64,000 bases of DNA from Verrucomicrobiales bacterium (lineage in GTDB: Bacteria > Verrucomicrobiota > Verrucomicrobiia > Limisphaerales > UBA1100). A program made the translations under genes and the position numbers. The notes below the pieces were generated by a model. It was not told the origin of the DNA. It made no database searches and was given only the letters and a program-made list of their open reading frames with translations. How positions within the stretch are numbered: position 1 is the first letter of the stretch; every line of letters starts with the position of its first letter. Location of the stretch: positions 84,700 through 148,699 of the forward strand of contig JAYOSV010000003.1 of NCBI GenBank assembly GCA_038139415.1. The letters run 5' to 3'. This document shows positions 39,070 through 48,131 of the stretch, in pieces.

Positions 39070-39816
39070 ATGCATCGAATCGCCCTTTTCCTATCCGTGT
39101 TCATCTGTGTTTCCCTGCAGGCCGCCGACCGTCCCGTGGCTACGTACTCCATCGTTGCTTTCGATCCCGCCACCGGCGACTTAGGCGTGGCGGTTCAGAG
39201 TAAATTTTTCGGAGTCGGCTCCGTAGTGCCTTGGGCGAAGGCCGGTGTGGGCGCGGTCGCCACCCAATCGTACGCCAACACCACCTATGGCCCGGAAGGC
39301 CTGAAGCTGATGGCCGCCGGCAAAACGCCCGAGGCCGTCCTCAAACAACTCATTGCTGTCGATCCTGTCCGCGATCTGCGTCAGGTCGGTATGGTCAATG
39401 CTCAGGGCCGCGCCGCCAGTTTCACCGGCAAACGCTGCACTCCCTGGGCCGGTCACAAGACGGGCGATCACTATGCCGCGCAAGGCAACCTCCTCGCCGG
39501 TGAAGCGGTGGTGACCGACATGGCCACCGCGTTTGAAAAGGCTCGCAAACAACCGAACAGTCAACTCGCCGACTGGCTGATCGCTGCCGTCACGGCCGCC
39601 GAGGCTGCCGGGGGCGATAAACGAGGTCGACAATCCGCCGCACTGCTGGTTGTGCGCGACAAGGGTGGCTATGCCGGCCTCAATGATCGCTTCATTGATA
39701 TTCGGGTGGATGATCACAAAACTCCCGTCAAGGAACTCGCCCGTCTCCTCGAGCTTCATAAAAAATTCTACCCGCACGCCCACCGCAACAAACCTGTGCG
39801 TCAACCGAATGATTGA
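39070..39816 (+). CDS. DUF1028 domain protein (Ntn-hydrolase-like), secreted
   Basis: TYSIVA.DP..G.LGVAVQS, VGAVATQ, QGN.L, GGDKRG.QSAAL, RVDDH. Confidence 0.9.
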   Translation: MHRIALFLSVFICVSLQAADRPVATYSIVAFDPATGDLGVAVQSKFFGVGSVVPWAKAGVGAVATQSYANTTYGPEGLKLMAAGKTPEAVLKQLIAVDPVRDLRQVGMVNAQGRAASFTGKRCTPWAGHKTGDHYAAQGNLLAGEAVVTDMATAFEKARKQPNSQLADWLIAAVTAAEAAGGDKRGRQSAALLVVRDKGGYAGLNDRFIDIRVDDHKTPVKELARLLELHKKFYPHAHRNKPVRQPND

Positions 39817-39874
39817 TCTATGATCATGTCTCTCTTCTCAGAGAGTGTGTGGAAGAGGTAGGTTTTTATTGCCC

Positions 39875-41725
39875 TCAACTCTCGAATCCCTGCTTCGGGT
39901 TTGTCTCCAAATAGGTGGTGATGGCTTGCGTGAATAATTCGCCGTACTCGTTGAGTTTCTTTTCGCCGACTCCGTGGATGTGGCCGAATTCGGCGAGGGT
40001 GGAGGGGTATTCGCGGGCCATGTGGCGGAGGGCGACGTCGCCGAAAATGATGTAGGGCGGCACGCCGCGTTCGCTGGCCAGTTCGCGGCGCAAGGTGCGA
40101 AGCTGATCGAAGAGGGTCTGGTCGCAGGCCAGTTCGCCGGCGCGGGCTTTGCGCGGTCGCGGTCCTTTTTCGGACTTGGTGGGCGCGGGGCGGGTGAGTT
40201 CCAACGACGGGCGGTCGCGGTTGCGCAGCCATTCTAGGCCGGCGTCGGTGAGTTCGATCACGCTCATTTGCCCAGGGGTTTGGTGGGCTAATTCCAGTCG
40301 CACAAGTTCGCGGGCGATCACTTTCCATTCGTCGCGCCCGAACTCGGAGCCGATGTTGTATGTGCTGAGTTGTTCGTGGCCCCAGCGGCGGATCTTTTCG
40401 TTATCCGCGCCGCACAGGACATCGACGATGTGGTTGAGTCCCACGTTGAACCCGCCGTGTTCGCGCACGCGATAGATACACGCGAGCAGTTTCTGGGTGG
40501 CCTCTGTGCCGTCGAAGGTTTCCTTGGGCTCGAGGCAATTGTCGCAGGCACCACAGTTTTCTTCTTCAAATGATTCACTGAAATAATCGAGCAATAAGTG
40601 CCGACGACAGTGGCGACTCTCGGCGTAGTGCACCATTTGCTGGAGCAGCTGACGGGCGACGGCGCGTTCGTGTTCGTCGTCTTTTTCCTCGATGAACCCG
40701 GTTTGCTTGGTGACATCGGAGGCGTTGAAGAGCAGTACGCAATCGGCGCTGAGCCCGTCTCGTCCAGCCCGGCCGGTTTCCTGATAATAGCCCTCAAGAT
40801 TTTTCGGGAGATCCTGGTGGATGACAAAGCGTACGTCCGGTTTGTCGATGCCCATGCCAAAGGCGATCGTGGCGCAGATCACCTGTAAGTCGTCGCGGAT
40901 GAATGCCTCCTGATTCCGGCTGCGTGCGGCGGCGTCCATGCCTGCATGATACGGCGCAGCCTCCACGCCGTTTTCCTTGAGCCGCGCGGCCAATCGCTCG
41001 GTGCCGTTGCGGCTGTTGCAATACACGATGCCGCTCTCGCCGTCGTGTTTGCCGATCACCTCCAACACCTGCCGCAAGGCACTGCGCCGCGGCGTGACGC
41101 GATACTGTAGGTTGGGCCGATTGAAACTGGCGATAAACCGCGCGGGCTCCTGCAGACGCAGTTGGCTGACGATATCCGCGCGCACGCGGTCGGTGGCCGT
41201 GGCAGTAAGCGCCATCATGGGGATCTGCCCAAACCGGTGCCGCAGATCGGCGAGCTGACGATATTCCGGCCGGAAATCGTGGCCCCATTCGCTGATGCAA
41301 TGCGCCTCATCGATGGCGATGCATTGCGGCTTCCAACTCTCGAGCATCTCCTGCGTGCCGCTGAGCATCAATCGCTCCGGCGCGATGTAGAGTAGCTTGT
41401 ATTCGCCACGATGTAGTCCGCCGATGCGTCGGCGCGATTCCTCCGCGTCCAGTGTAGAATTCAAAAACGTCGCCGGCGCACCCGCTGCTTGTAACGCATC
41501 CACCTGATCCTTCATCAGGGCGATCAACGGCGACACCACGATTGTGAGCCCGTCCCGCGCCAGTGCCGGCAGTTGATAGCAGAGTGATTTCCCGCCGCCT
41601 GTCGGCATCAACACCATCACATCTCGTCCTGCTAGTGCTGCATCAATGATCTCCTCCTGCAACGGTCGAAACGCATCGTAGCCGAAGGTGGATTTGAGCA
41701 GGCTTTTGAGATCAGGCGTGGGCAT
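39875..41725 (-). CDS. recQ: ATP-dependent DNA helicase RecQ
   Basis: MPTGGGKSLCYQ, DEAH, TATA, QETGRAGRDG, Zn-binding CRR..CGACDNC, RQC and HRDC domains. Confidence 0.97.
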   Translation of the reverse strand: MPTPDLKSLLKSTFGYDAFRPLQEEIIDAALAGRDVMVLMPTGGGKSLCYQLPALARDGLTIVVSPLIALMKDQVDALQAAGAPATFLNSTLDAEESRRRIGGLHRGEYKLLYIAPERLMLSGTQEMLESWKPQCIAIDEAHCISEWGHDFRPEYRQLADLRHRFGQIPMMALTATATDRVRADIVSQLRLQEPARFIASFNRPNLQYRVTPRRSALRQVLEVIGKHDGESGIVYCNSRNGTERLAARLKENGVEAAPYHAGMDAAARSRNQEAFIRDDLQVICATIAFGMGIDKPDVRFVIHQDLPKNLEGYYQETGRAGRDGLSADCVLLFNASDVTKQTGFIEEKDDEHERAVARQLLQQMVHYAESRHCRRHLLLDYFSESFEEENCGACDNCLEPKETFDGTEATQKLLACIYRVREHGGFNVGLNHIVDVLCGADNEKIRRWGHEQLSTYNIGSEFGRDEWKVIARELVRLELAHQTPGQMSVIELTDAGLEWLRNRDRPSLELTRPAPTKSEKGPRPRKARAGELACDQTLFDQLRTLRRELASERGVPPYIIFGDVALRHMAREYPSTLAEFGHIHGVGEKKLNEYGELFTQAITTYLETNPKQGFES

Positions 41726-41890
41726 ATTGGCGATACTCCAATTCCCAGTGGGAAGGAGAAGTCATGTGGGAGGAGTCTGCCTGTTCGCTCGAAGATGACA
41801 AGTTTCTCTGTGCTCACGGGCAATGCACTGGATTGGTTTAGACTTTTTTAGTGCCAATCGCGATTGCCTATGGCCCAATCGGGGCTTTGT

Positions 41891-43123
41891 ATGAAACTCG
41901 TTTTTGCATTCTTCATGGCTGTAGCACTTGGGGCGCAGGCGGAAAACTGGCCGCAACTGCGCGGGCCGGCCGGGGCGGGCATTAGCTCGGAGAAAGGGTT
42001 GCCCATCAAATGGACGGCCAAGGATTATGCTTGGCAGATTAAGTTGCCGGGCGTGGGGCACTCCTCGCCAGTAGTTTGGGGCGACCGGGTGATTGTTACC
42101 TCGGCGGCGGAAAAGGGGGAGCGCCGGTTCATCGAATCTTATCAGGTGGCCACGGGCAAGCTGGTGTGGAGCGATGAGCTGGGGGGTGCCACGCATCCTA
42201 AACATGCGCTCAATAGCTACGCATCAGCCACGCCAGCAACCGACGGAAAACGGGTGTTTACCTCGTGGGGTGATCACGATGAATTCTTCATGGCGGCCCA
42301 TGATTTTAAAACGGGTAAGGAATTGTGGCGGCGTCAGCTGGGGGTATCGCTCAGTGATGATGGTCATGGCACGGCCGTGTCGCCGGTGTTGTTCGAGGAT
42401 CTGGTGATTATTCTGAATGAACACGACACCAGCCCCGGCTACATTGCCGCGCTGGATCAGGCTACCGGCAAGGTGCTTTGGAAGATTGATCGGAAGATCA
42501 ATAAGATGACGTACTCCACGCCGATTCTCGTGGAGCACGGCGGGCAAACGCAGTTGATCAATGCCTGTCTGGATGACGGTCTGATGGGGTTGGATCCGCG
42601 CAGCGGAAAAATCCTTTGGACCACGCCAAATACCTACACGCTGCGGACCGTGGCCATGCCGGTTTACTGGCAAGGCCATGTATTCGGCAGTTGCGGCGGC
42701 GGCGGCAAAGGCAAGCTGATGACGGCTGTGAAACTTGGCGGCAAGGGTAAGGTTACCGAAACGCATGTGGCTTGGGAGCGGCGGCGGTCCTTACCCTACG
42801 TGCCCACGCCGATTGCTTACGGGGATCATCTCTACCTGTGGCTGGATAATGGCATCGTGGTGTGTGTGGATGCCAAGACGGGTGCCGAGCAATGGAATGA
42901 GCGGGTGGGGCGCGGTGATTTTTCCAGCTCGCCGTTGTGTATTGACGGCAAAATTTATTGCAGCTCGCGCACGGGCGAATTCACGGTGATCAAGGCCAGC
43001 CCGAAGTACGAACTGCTGGGCCGTAGTCAGCTCGGGGAATCCACCCACGCCACCCCGGCGGTCAGTAACGGCCGCCTGTTCCTGCGCGGGTTTCGGACAT
43101 TGTATTGTCTGGATGCGAAGTAG
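41891..43123 (+). CDS. PQQ-binding-like beta-propeller repeat protein
   Basis: Signal peptide; NWPQLRGP, GHSSPVVWG, repeated TGK..W, YVPTP, ATPA. Confidence 0.88.
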   Translation: MKLVFAFFMAVALGAQAENWPQLRGPAGAGISSEKGLPIKWTAKDYAWQIKLPGVGHSSPVVWGDRVIVTSAAEKGERRFIESYQVATGKLVWSDELGGATHPKHALNSYASATPATDGKRVFTSWGDHDEFFMAAHDFKTGKELWRRQLGVSLSDDGHGTAVSPVLFEDLVIILNEHDTSPGYIAALDQATGKVLWKIDRKINKMTYSTPILVEHGGQTQLINACLDDGLMGLDPRSGKILWTTPNTYTLRTVAMPVYWQGHVFGSCGGGGKGKLMTAVKLGGKGKVTETHVAWERRRSLPYVPTPIAYGDHLYLWLDNGIVVCVDAKTGAEQWNERVGRGDFSSSPLCIDGKIYCSSRTGEFTVIKASPKYELLGRSQLGESTHATPAVSNGRLFLRGFRTLYCLDAK

Positions 43124-43125
43124 GG

Positions 43126-43683
43126 TTACGGCATCACGATCAGGAATTGTACGGAATCGACGATGACGTATTTGCCTTCGGTGCCTTCGGTGCTGATGGT
43201 GACGGACCCTTCGCGGCCTTTCTTGAAATGAAACAGGCCGATGGAGCGAAAGAGCTTGGCGATGGGAGCCGGCTCGCCTTCGTTAATCTTCACCACGGTT
43301 TTGCCCTTGGAATGATGCACGGTGACGGGCACGCCGTTGGCGCGGCGGATGTTGGAGTTGTGCGACACGCGCACTTCGTACAGGCCGGTCCGCGGCAGGT
43401 CCGGCGTGAAGGTGGCGCTCTTTTGCCCCTTCTTTTCCTTCATGTCATGAATGTAGCTCACGCCGACGAAGGGCGGGGTGTGCACGCTGTGTTTCCATTC
43501 GCCGACGAGTTTGGCTTCCGTGTTGTCTACCACGGTGCCGGCCAGCTTGGATTTGTCCGGCACGATGAATTTGATGTTCTCCGGTTTATCAACTTGATCA
43601 GGCCGCGGTAGAAGAGGGTCTCGACTAGCGGCTTGTGCTAAATTCAAAGCATTTACCAGTGCTAGCAATATAATATAAACCAT
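43126..43683 (-). CDS. Secreted protein with golvesin/xanthan-lyase CBM-like beta-sandwich
   Basis: VVDN..A...GEW..S, Y.HD, ATFTPDLP..GLYEV, V.I...GT.G.YVI.DSVQF. Confidence 0.7.
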   Translation of the reverse strand: MVYIILLALVNALNLAQAASRDPLLPRPDQVDKPENIKFIVPDKSKLAGTVVDNTEAKLVGEWKHSVHTPPFVGVSYIHDMKEKKGQKSATFTPDLPRTGLYEVRVSHNSNIRRANGVPVTVHHSKGKTVVKINEGEPAPIAKLFRSIGLFHFKKGREGSVTISTEGTEGKYVIVDSVQFLIVMP

Positions 43684-43813
43684 GTGGGTTTTAGCTTACG
43701 GGAAACATTGATGGAAACAAGGTAGTGCTGTTCTCAATTTTTTTGTCTTTGGTACCACCTAAAATCTACACCTCAGCGTTGCGTTAAGGCACCAGCCTTA
43801 TTAGCCTTTGGGG

Positions 43814-45037
43814 ATGAATCGCATGTTAGTTTTAGTTTCTTTGGTTTTTGTCAGTGTTGTTTCTTCGGCGCAATGGAATGAGTTTCGCGGCCCTCAAGGC
43901 GAAGGCCATACGGATGCCAAACTGCCGATGGAAGTGACCGCCCAGGGTCATGTCTGGAAAACCCCGATGCTTGGCAAGGCATGGAGTTCGCCGGTGGTCT
44001 GGGATAATCAGGTTTGGTTTACCAATGCGGAGGCAGATGGTCACAAGCTCTGGGCGGTGTGTCTCAATGCCAAGACGGGCAAGGTGATCCACAACAAACT
44101 CGTGTTTGAAATCAAGAGCCCGCAAAAGAGCCCGGTGGCGATGAACAGCTACGCCTCCTGCACGCCGGTGATTGAAGAAGGCCGGGTATATGTGACTTTC
44201 GGTGCGCACGGCACGGCCTGTCTCGACACCAAGACCGCCGAGATCATTTGGCAGCGGCAGGATGATGAACTGACCTGCGATCATTTCCGGTTGCCGGCCA
44301 GTTCGCCGATCCTGCATGGCGGGCGGTTGTATCTGATATTTGACGGCGCCGACCGCCAGTTTGTTGTGGCGCTGGACAAGGCCACCGGCAAAACGCAATG
44401 GCGGCACCAGCGCGCCTTTGAGTTCGGCACGAACAATGGCGACCGCAAAAAGGCTTATGGCACGCCGGCCATCATTAAGGTAGGCGATCAGGAACAACTC
44501 ATCGCCCCGGCCGCCGTGGCCACCGAGGCGCTGGACCCGGCCACCGGCAAGTTGCTCTGGACCGCACGCACGGGCGGCATGAACGCCAGCGGTCGGCCGG
44601 TCTACGGCAACGGCCTCATTTTCATTAATAACGGTATGGGCTCACTTGGCGCCATTCCCGCCGTCGGCGGTGCTGAACGTGAAGCAAAATGGAGCACGCG
44701 CCGCAACATTCCCAAGAAAGGATCCCTGCTCCTCAAGGGTGAGCACCTTTACATGGTGGCCGATAACGGCGTGGCCAGTTGTCTGGTCGCCGCTACCGGC
44801 GAAGTACTCTGGAGCGAACGGCTTAATGCCGGCGAATTCGCTGCCTCCCCGATCCTCTGCCAGGACCGCATTTACTGCTTCAGCCTTTCCGGCAAATGTG
44901 TCGTTCTGGCCGCTTCGCCTAAGGAATTCAAGGTGCTGGCCCGTGGCGAATTTGAGGACGGCTTCATGGCCACTCCCGCCGTCACCGGCAACGCCCTGAT
45001 TTTACGCACCAAATCCGCCGTCTACCGCGTGGAATAA
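43814..45037 (+). CDS. PQQ-binding-like beta-propeller repeat protein
   Basis: WNEFRGP, WSSPVVW, NSYASCTP, ASSP, FMATPA, RTKSAVY. Confidence 0.88.
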   Translation: MNRMLVLVSLVFVSVVSSAQWNEFRGPQGEGHTDAKLPMEVTAQGHVWKTPMLGKAWSSPVVWDNQVWFTNAEADGHKLWAVCLNAKTGKVIHNKLVFEIKSPQKSPVAMNSYASCTPVIEEGRVYVTFGAHGTACLDTKTAEIIWQRQDDELTCDHFRLPASSPILHGGRLYLIFDGADRQFVVALDKATGKTQWRHQRAFEFGTNNGDRKKAYGTPAIIKVGDQEQLIAPAAVATEALDPATGKLLWTARTGGMNASGRPVYGNGLIFINNGMGSLGAIPAVGGAEREAKWSTRRNIPKKGSLLLKGEHLYMVADNGVASCLVAATGEVLWSERLNAGEFAASPILCQDRIYCFSLSGKCVVLAASPKEFKVLARGEFEDGFMATPAVTGNALILRTKSAVYRVE

Positions 45038-45095
45038 TTCGTTTAAATACTCGCTCAAAATGAACGTCTGAGGTAGTGTCGTAGGCAGAAGAGCG

Positions 45096-46484
45096 ATGCT
45101 GCATTTAACGGATAATTCGGTGAGCCGGCGGAGTTTTCTCTCCGTGGGTAGTCTGGCGCTGGGCGGCGTGGCGTTGCCTGATTTGTTGCGTGCGCAGGAG
45201 ACGGTGAAGCAGCTGGGCGGCGTGGCCAAGGATCGGACGGTGGTGTTCCTCTTCATGCACGGCGGGCCGTCACAAACGGAGACGTTTGATCCCAAGATGG
45301 GCGCGCCCTCGGGCATTCGCAGCATGACCGGTGAGATTCCTACGCGGTTGCCGGGAGTGACTTTTGGCGGCACGTTTGAAAAACTGGCACGGCTGAACGA
45401 TAAATTTTCCATCGTGCGCTCGTTTACCACGCAGAGTGGCGCGCATGATTCCAAGCCGATCGTCAGCAAACATTCCTACAACGCCCAAATCGGCGGGCAT
45501 TATGCGCGTGTGGCGGGCGGCAGTCATCCGGAGACGGGAATGCCGCGCAACATCTGGCTGCACCCGCAGGCGGTGAACCCGGAGGCGACCGACCCGATCA
45601 TGAAGCTCGGCCGGTTTGATGTCACTGGCCCGTTGGGCCCGGCTTTCGCACCGTTCCAACCGAGTGGCAAGGGGGATTTCCGGGCGGACATGAAATTGAC
45701 GGTGAACCCCGCTAGACTGGACGACCGCCAGGCACTGCTTTCGGGATTGGATCAGTTTCGGCGCACGGTGGAGAGCGGTCGGGCTACTGGCGGACTGGAA
45801 AAATTTCAATCGCAGGCATTTGAGACATTGGCTGGCGGGGTCAGCGAGGCGTTTGACATCTCGAAGGAAGATCCCAAGGTACTGGCCCGCTACGATACGG
45901 CCGGCCTGATGGATGTGGAGCGGATCAGTAAACGCTGGAACAACCGGCCGCGTTACCAGAATCACGTGAACAATCTCGGCAAGCTGATGCTGATGGCGCG
46001 GCGGCTGGCCGAGCGCGGCGCGGGCTTTATCACGGTAACCACGGATTTTGTGTGGGATATGCACGCGGACAAGAACAACGCGACAATGACCGAGGGTATG
46101 CAGTATGTCGGCCGGCCATTTGATCATGCGGTGAGCGCGTTCATTGAGGACGTGGAAGCGCGCGGGTTGCGTGACAAGATTTTGCTGGTGTGCTGTGGCG
46201 AGATGGGGCGCACGCCCAAGGTGAATGCCAAGGCGGGGCGCGATCACTGGGGCGGCAGTGCACCGTTGATGCTGTATGGTGGCGACCTGAAGATGGGCCA
46301 GGTGATCGGCAGCTCGACCAAGGATGGCGGCGAACCGGCTAGCGATCGTGTGACCATTCCAAATTTATATGCCACGCTCATGGAGCAGTTGCTGGATACC
46401 GGTGCCGTACGCGCCATGGCCGGGATTCCGAATGAGGTGAACACCGTGATCAGCGGGGCCTCCCCGATCAAGCAGCTGTTGTAA
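45096..46484 (+). CDS. DUF1501 family protein (second subfamily)
   Basis: SRRSFL; FMHGGPSQTETFDPK; WDMH; GEMGRTPKVN; GRDHWG. Confidence 0.9.
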   Translation: MLHLTDNSVSRRSFLSVGSLALGGVALPDLLRAQETVKQLGGVAKDRTVVFLFMHGGPSQTETFDPKMGAPSGIRSMTGEIPTRLPGVTFGGTFEKLARLNDKFSIVRSFTTQSGAHDSKPIVSKHSYNAQIGGHYARVAGGSHPETGMPRNIWLHPQAVNPEATDPIMKLGRFDVTGPLGPAFAPFQPSGKGDFRADMKLTVNPARLDDRQALLSGLDQFRRTVESGRATGGLEKFQSQAFETLAGGVSEAFDISKEDPKVLARYDTAGLMDVERISKRWNNRPRYQNHVNNLGKLMLMARRLAERGAGFITVTTDFVWDMHADKNNATMTEGMQYVGRPFDHAVSAFIEDVEARGLRDKILLVCCGEMGRTPKVNAKAGRDHWGGSAPLMLYGGDLKMGQVIGSSTKDGGEPASDRVTIPNLYATLMEQLLDTGAVRAMAGIPNEVNTVISGASPIKQLL

Positions 46485-46514
46485 CGAATGGCGTAGCCAA
46501 GGAGTATTAAGAGT

Positions 46515-47918
46515 ATGTTGACGGTATCGGACATTGCCCCGAATCAAACCTGCGCGGGATTATCGCGCCGGAATTTTCTGCAGGCGGGTGTGCTGGGCAG
46601 TCTGGCGTTGCCGGATTTGCTGGCCAACAGAGCGCTGGCCGCCGAGGCTGGTTTGCACCTGAAAGACAAGTGCGTGGTGCTTCTCTTTCTGCAGGGCGGC
46701 CCGCCGCATATCGAATTTTTCGATCCCAAAATGACCGCGCCGAAGGAGATCCGCTCCATTACCGGTGAGGTGAAAACCAACATCCCCGGCATCACCTTTG
46801 GCGGCACGTTCCCCAAGCTGGCGAAGATGACGGATAAGTTTTCCGTGGTGCGCTCGTACGGCTCAAAGAATGGTGGGCACACCTACCATCCGGTGACCGT
46901 GGCGGGCAATCCGTTGCAGGCCTCGATGAGCGCGCTCTACGCGCGGGTGGCCGGTACCAATCATCCGGACACCGGAATGCCGCGCAACACGCTGGTGTTG
47001 CCCGAGGCTATTGATTCGGAGCTGAAGTTGGGGCGTAATTTTGAAACCGGTGCCCTGCCCACGCTGACGCAGGCCGGTGATCTCGGCGCAAGTTACGCGG
47101 CCTTTAACCCCGCCGGTGGCGGGGAGATTAATTCGGACATGCGACTGCAGGTGACACCGGAGCGGCTGGCTGATCGCAAGGGATTGCTTGGCAGTCTCGA
47201 CGGACTGCGCCGCGATGTGGATGCCTCGGGCCTGCTGGAGAGCGCGGATAAATATCAGCAACAGGCGTTCGACACCATCTCCCGCGGCGTGGCTGATGCG
47301 TTTGACTGGACGCAGGAAGATCCTAAGACCATCGCGCGCTACGACACGCGGCCGTTGTTCGACCAGAAAAAACTGCAGCGTTATTACGACATGAAACGCG
47401 CGAGCAACCTGCTGGGCCTGCAGATGCTCATGGCCCGTCGCATGTGCGAAGCCGGTTGCGGTTTTGTGACGGTAAGCGATTGCGGCTGGGATTATCACGC
47501 AAATAACAATAGCCCGAAATACATGACCGGCGTGTACCCAATGGGTAACCAGGTGGATCATGCGGTGAGCGCGTTCATCGAGGACGTGCATCAACGTGGG
47601 CTCAGCGAGAAAATTCTGCTCGTGGTCACGGGCGAAATGGGGCGCACACCACGCATCAACAAGAACGGTGGACGCGATCATTACGGCAATCTTACGTCGC
47701 TCCTGGTTTCCGGTGGCGGTCTGAAGATGGGCCGGATCATTGGCGAGAGCGATCGGCAGGCGGCCGAGCCAGCCACGCGACCGTACACGCCCAAGCACCT
47801 AATGAGCACCATCATGCACACGCTGTTCGACATCGGCGAACTGCGCGTGGCCGACAGCGTGCCCAAGCCGGTGGCCGACATTATCACCGGCGGTTCGCCG
47901 ATCGAGGAGTTGGTTTAG
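46515..47918 (+). CDS. DUF1501 family protein (second subfamily)
   Basis: SRRNFL; FLQGGPPHIEFFDPK; WDYH; GEMGRTPRIN; GRDHYG. Confidence 0.9.
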   Translation: MLTVSDIAPNQTCAGLSRRNFLQAGVLGSLALPDLLANRALAAEAGLHLKDKCVVLLFLQGGPPHIEFFDPKMTAPKEIRSITGEVKTNIPGITFGGTFPKLAKMTDKFSVVRSYGSKNGGHTYHPVTVAGNPLQASMSALYARVAGTNHPDTGMPRNTLVLPEAIDSELKLGRNFETGALPTLTQAGDLGASYAAFNPAGGGEINSDMRLQVTPERLADRKGLLGSLDGLRRDVDASGLLESADKYQQQAFDTISRGVADAFDWTQEDPKTIARYDTRPLFDQKKLQRYYDMKRASNLLGLQMLMARRMCEAGCGFVTVSDCGWDYHANNNSPKYMTGVYPMGNQVDHAVSAFIEDVHQRGLSEKILLVVTGEMGRTPRINKNGGRDHYGNLTSLLVSGGGLKMGRIIGESDRQAAEPATRPYTPKHLMSTIMHTLFDIGELRVADSVPKPVADIITGGSPIEELV

Positions 47919-48131
47919 GGCACCCCGAAATTGTTTCATTTTCCCGGTGAATAGGGCTCATAATCCGTTCGTCGGTTCATTTGTCGTAAAAAACGGCAGA
48001 ATCACCCGCTTTTCGCGTTGAAAACGATTGCTTTTTCGCCGGTTTTTGCGCACAAATGGGCGGTTTTTGAGGAGGAAAACCCACATCACTCTGTCAGCGT
48101 AACGCCCCCTTTTGCGTTGGCTTGACAGGGA

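Noticed and set aside
39824..39868. Terminator between the DUF1028 gene and recQ
   Set aside because: Only a 6-bp CTCTTC/GAAGAG stem with a large loop and a displaced T-tract; insufficient support.
47919..48131. Riboswitch or tRNA in the larger intergenic regions (also 12770-12955, 41726-41890, 60571-60762)
   Set aside because: I recognised no aptamer consensus or cloverleaf by eye. An Rfam/tRNAscan run would be needed to exclude them fully.
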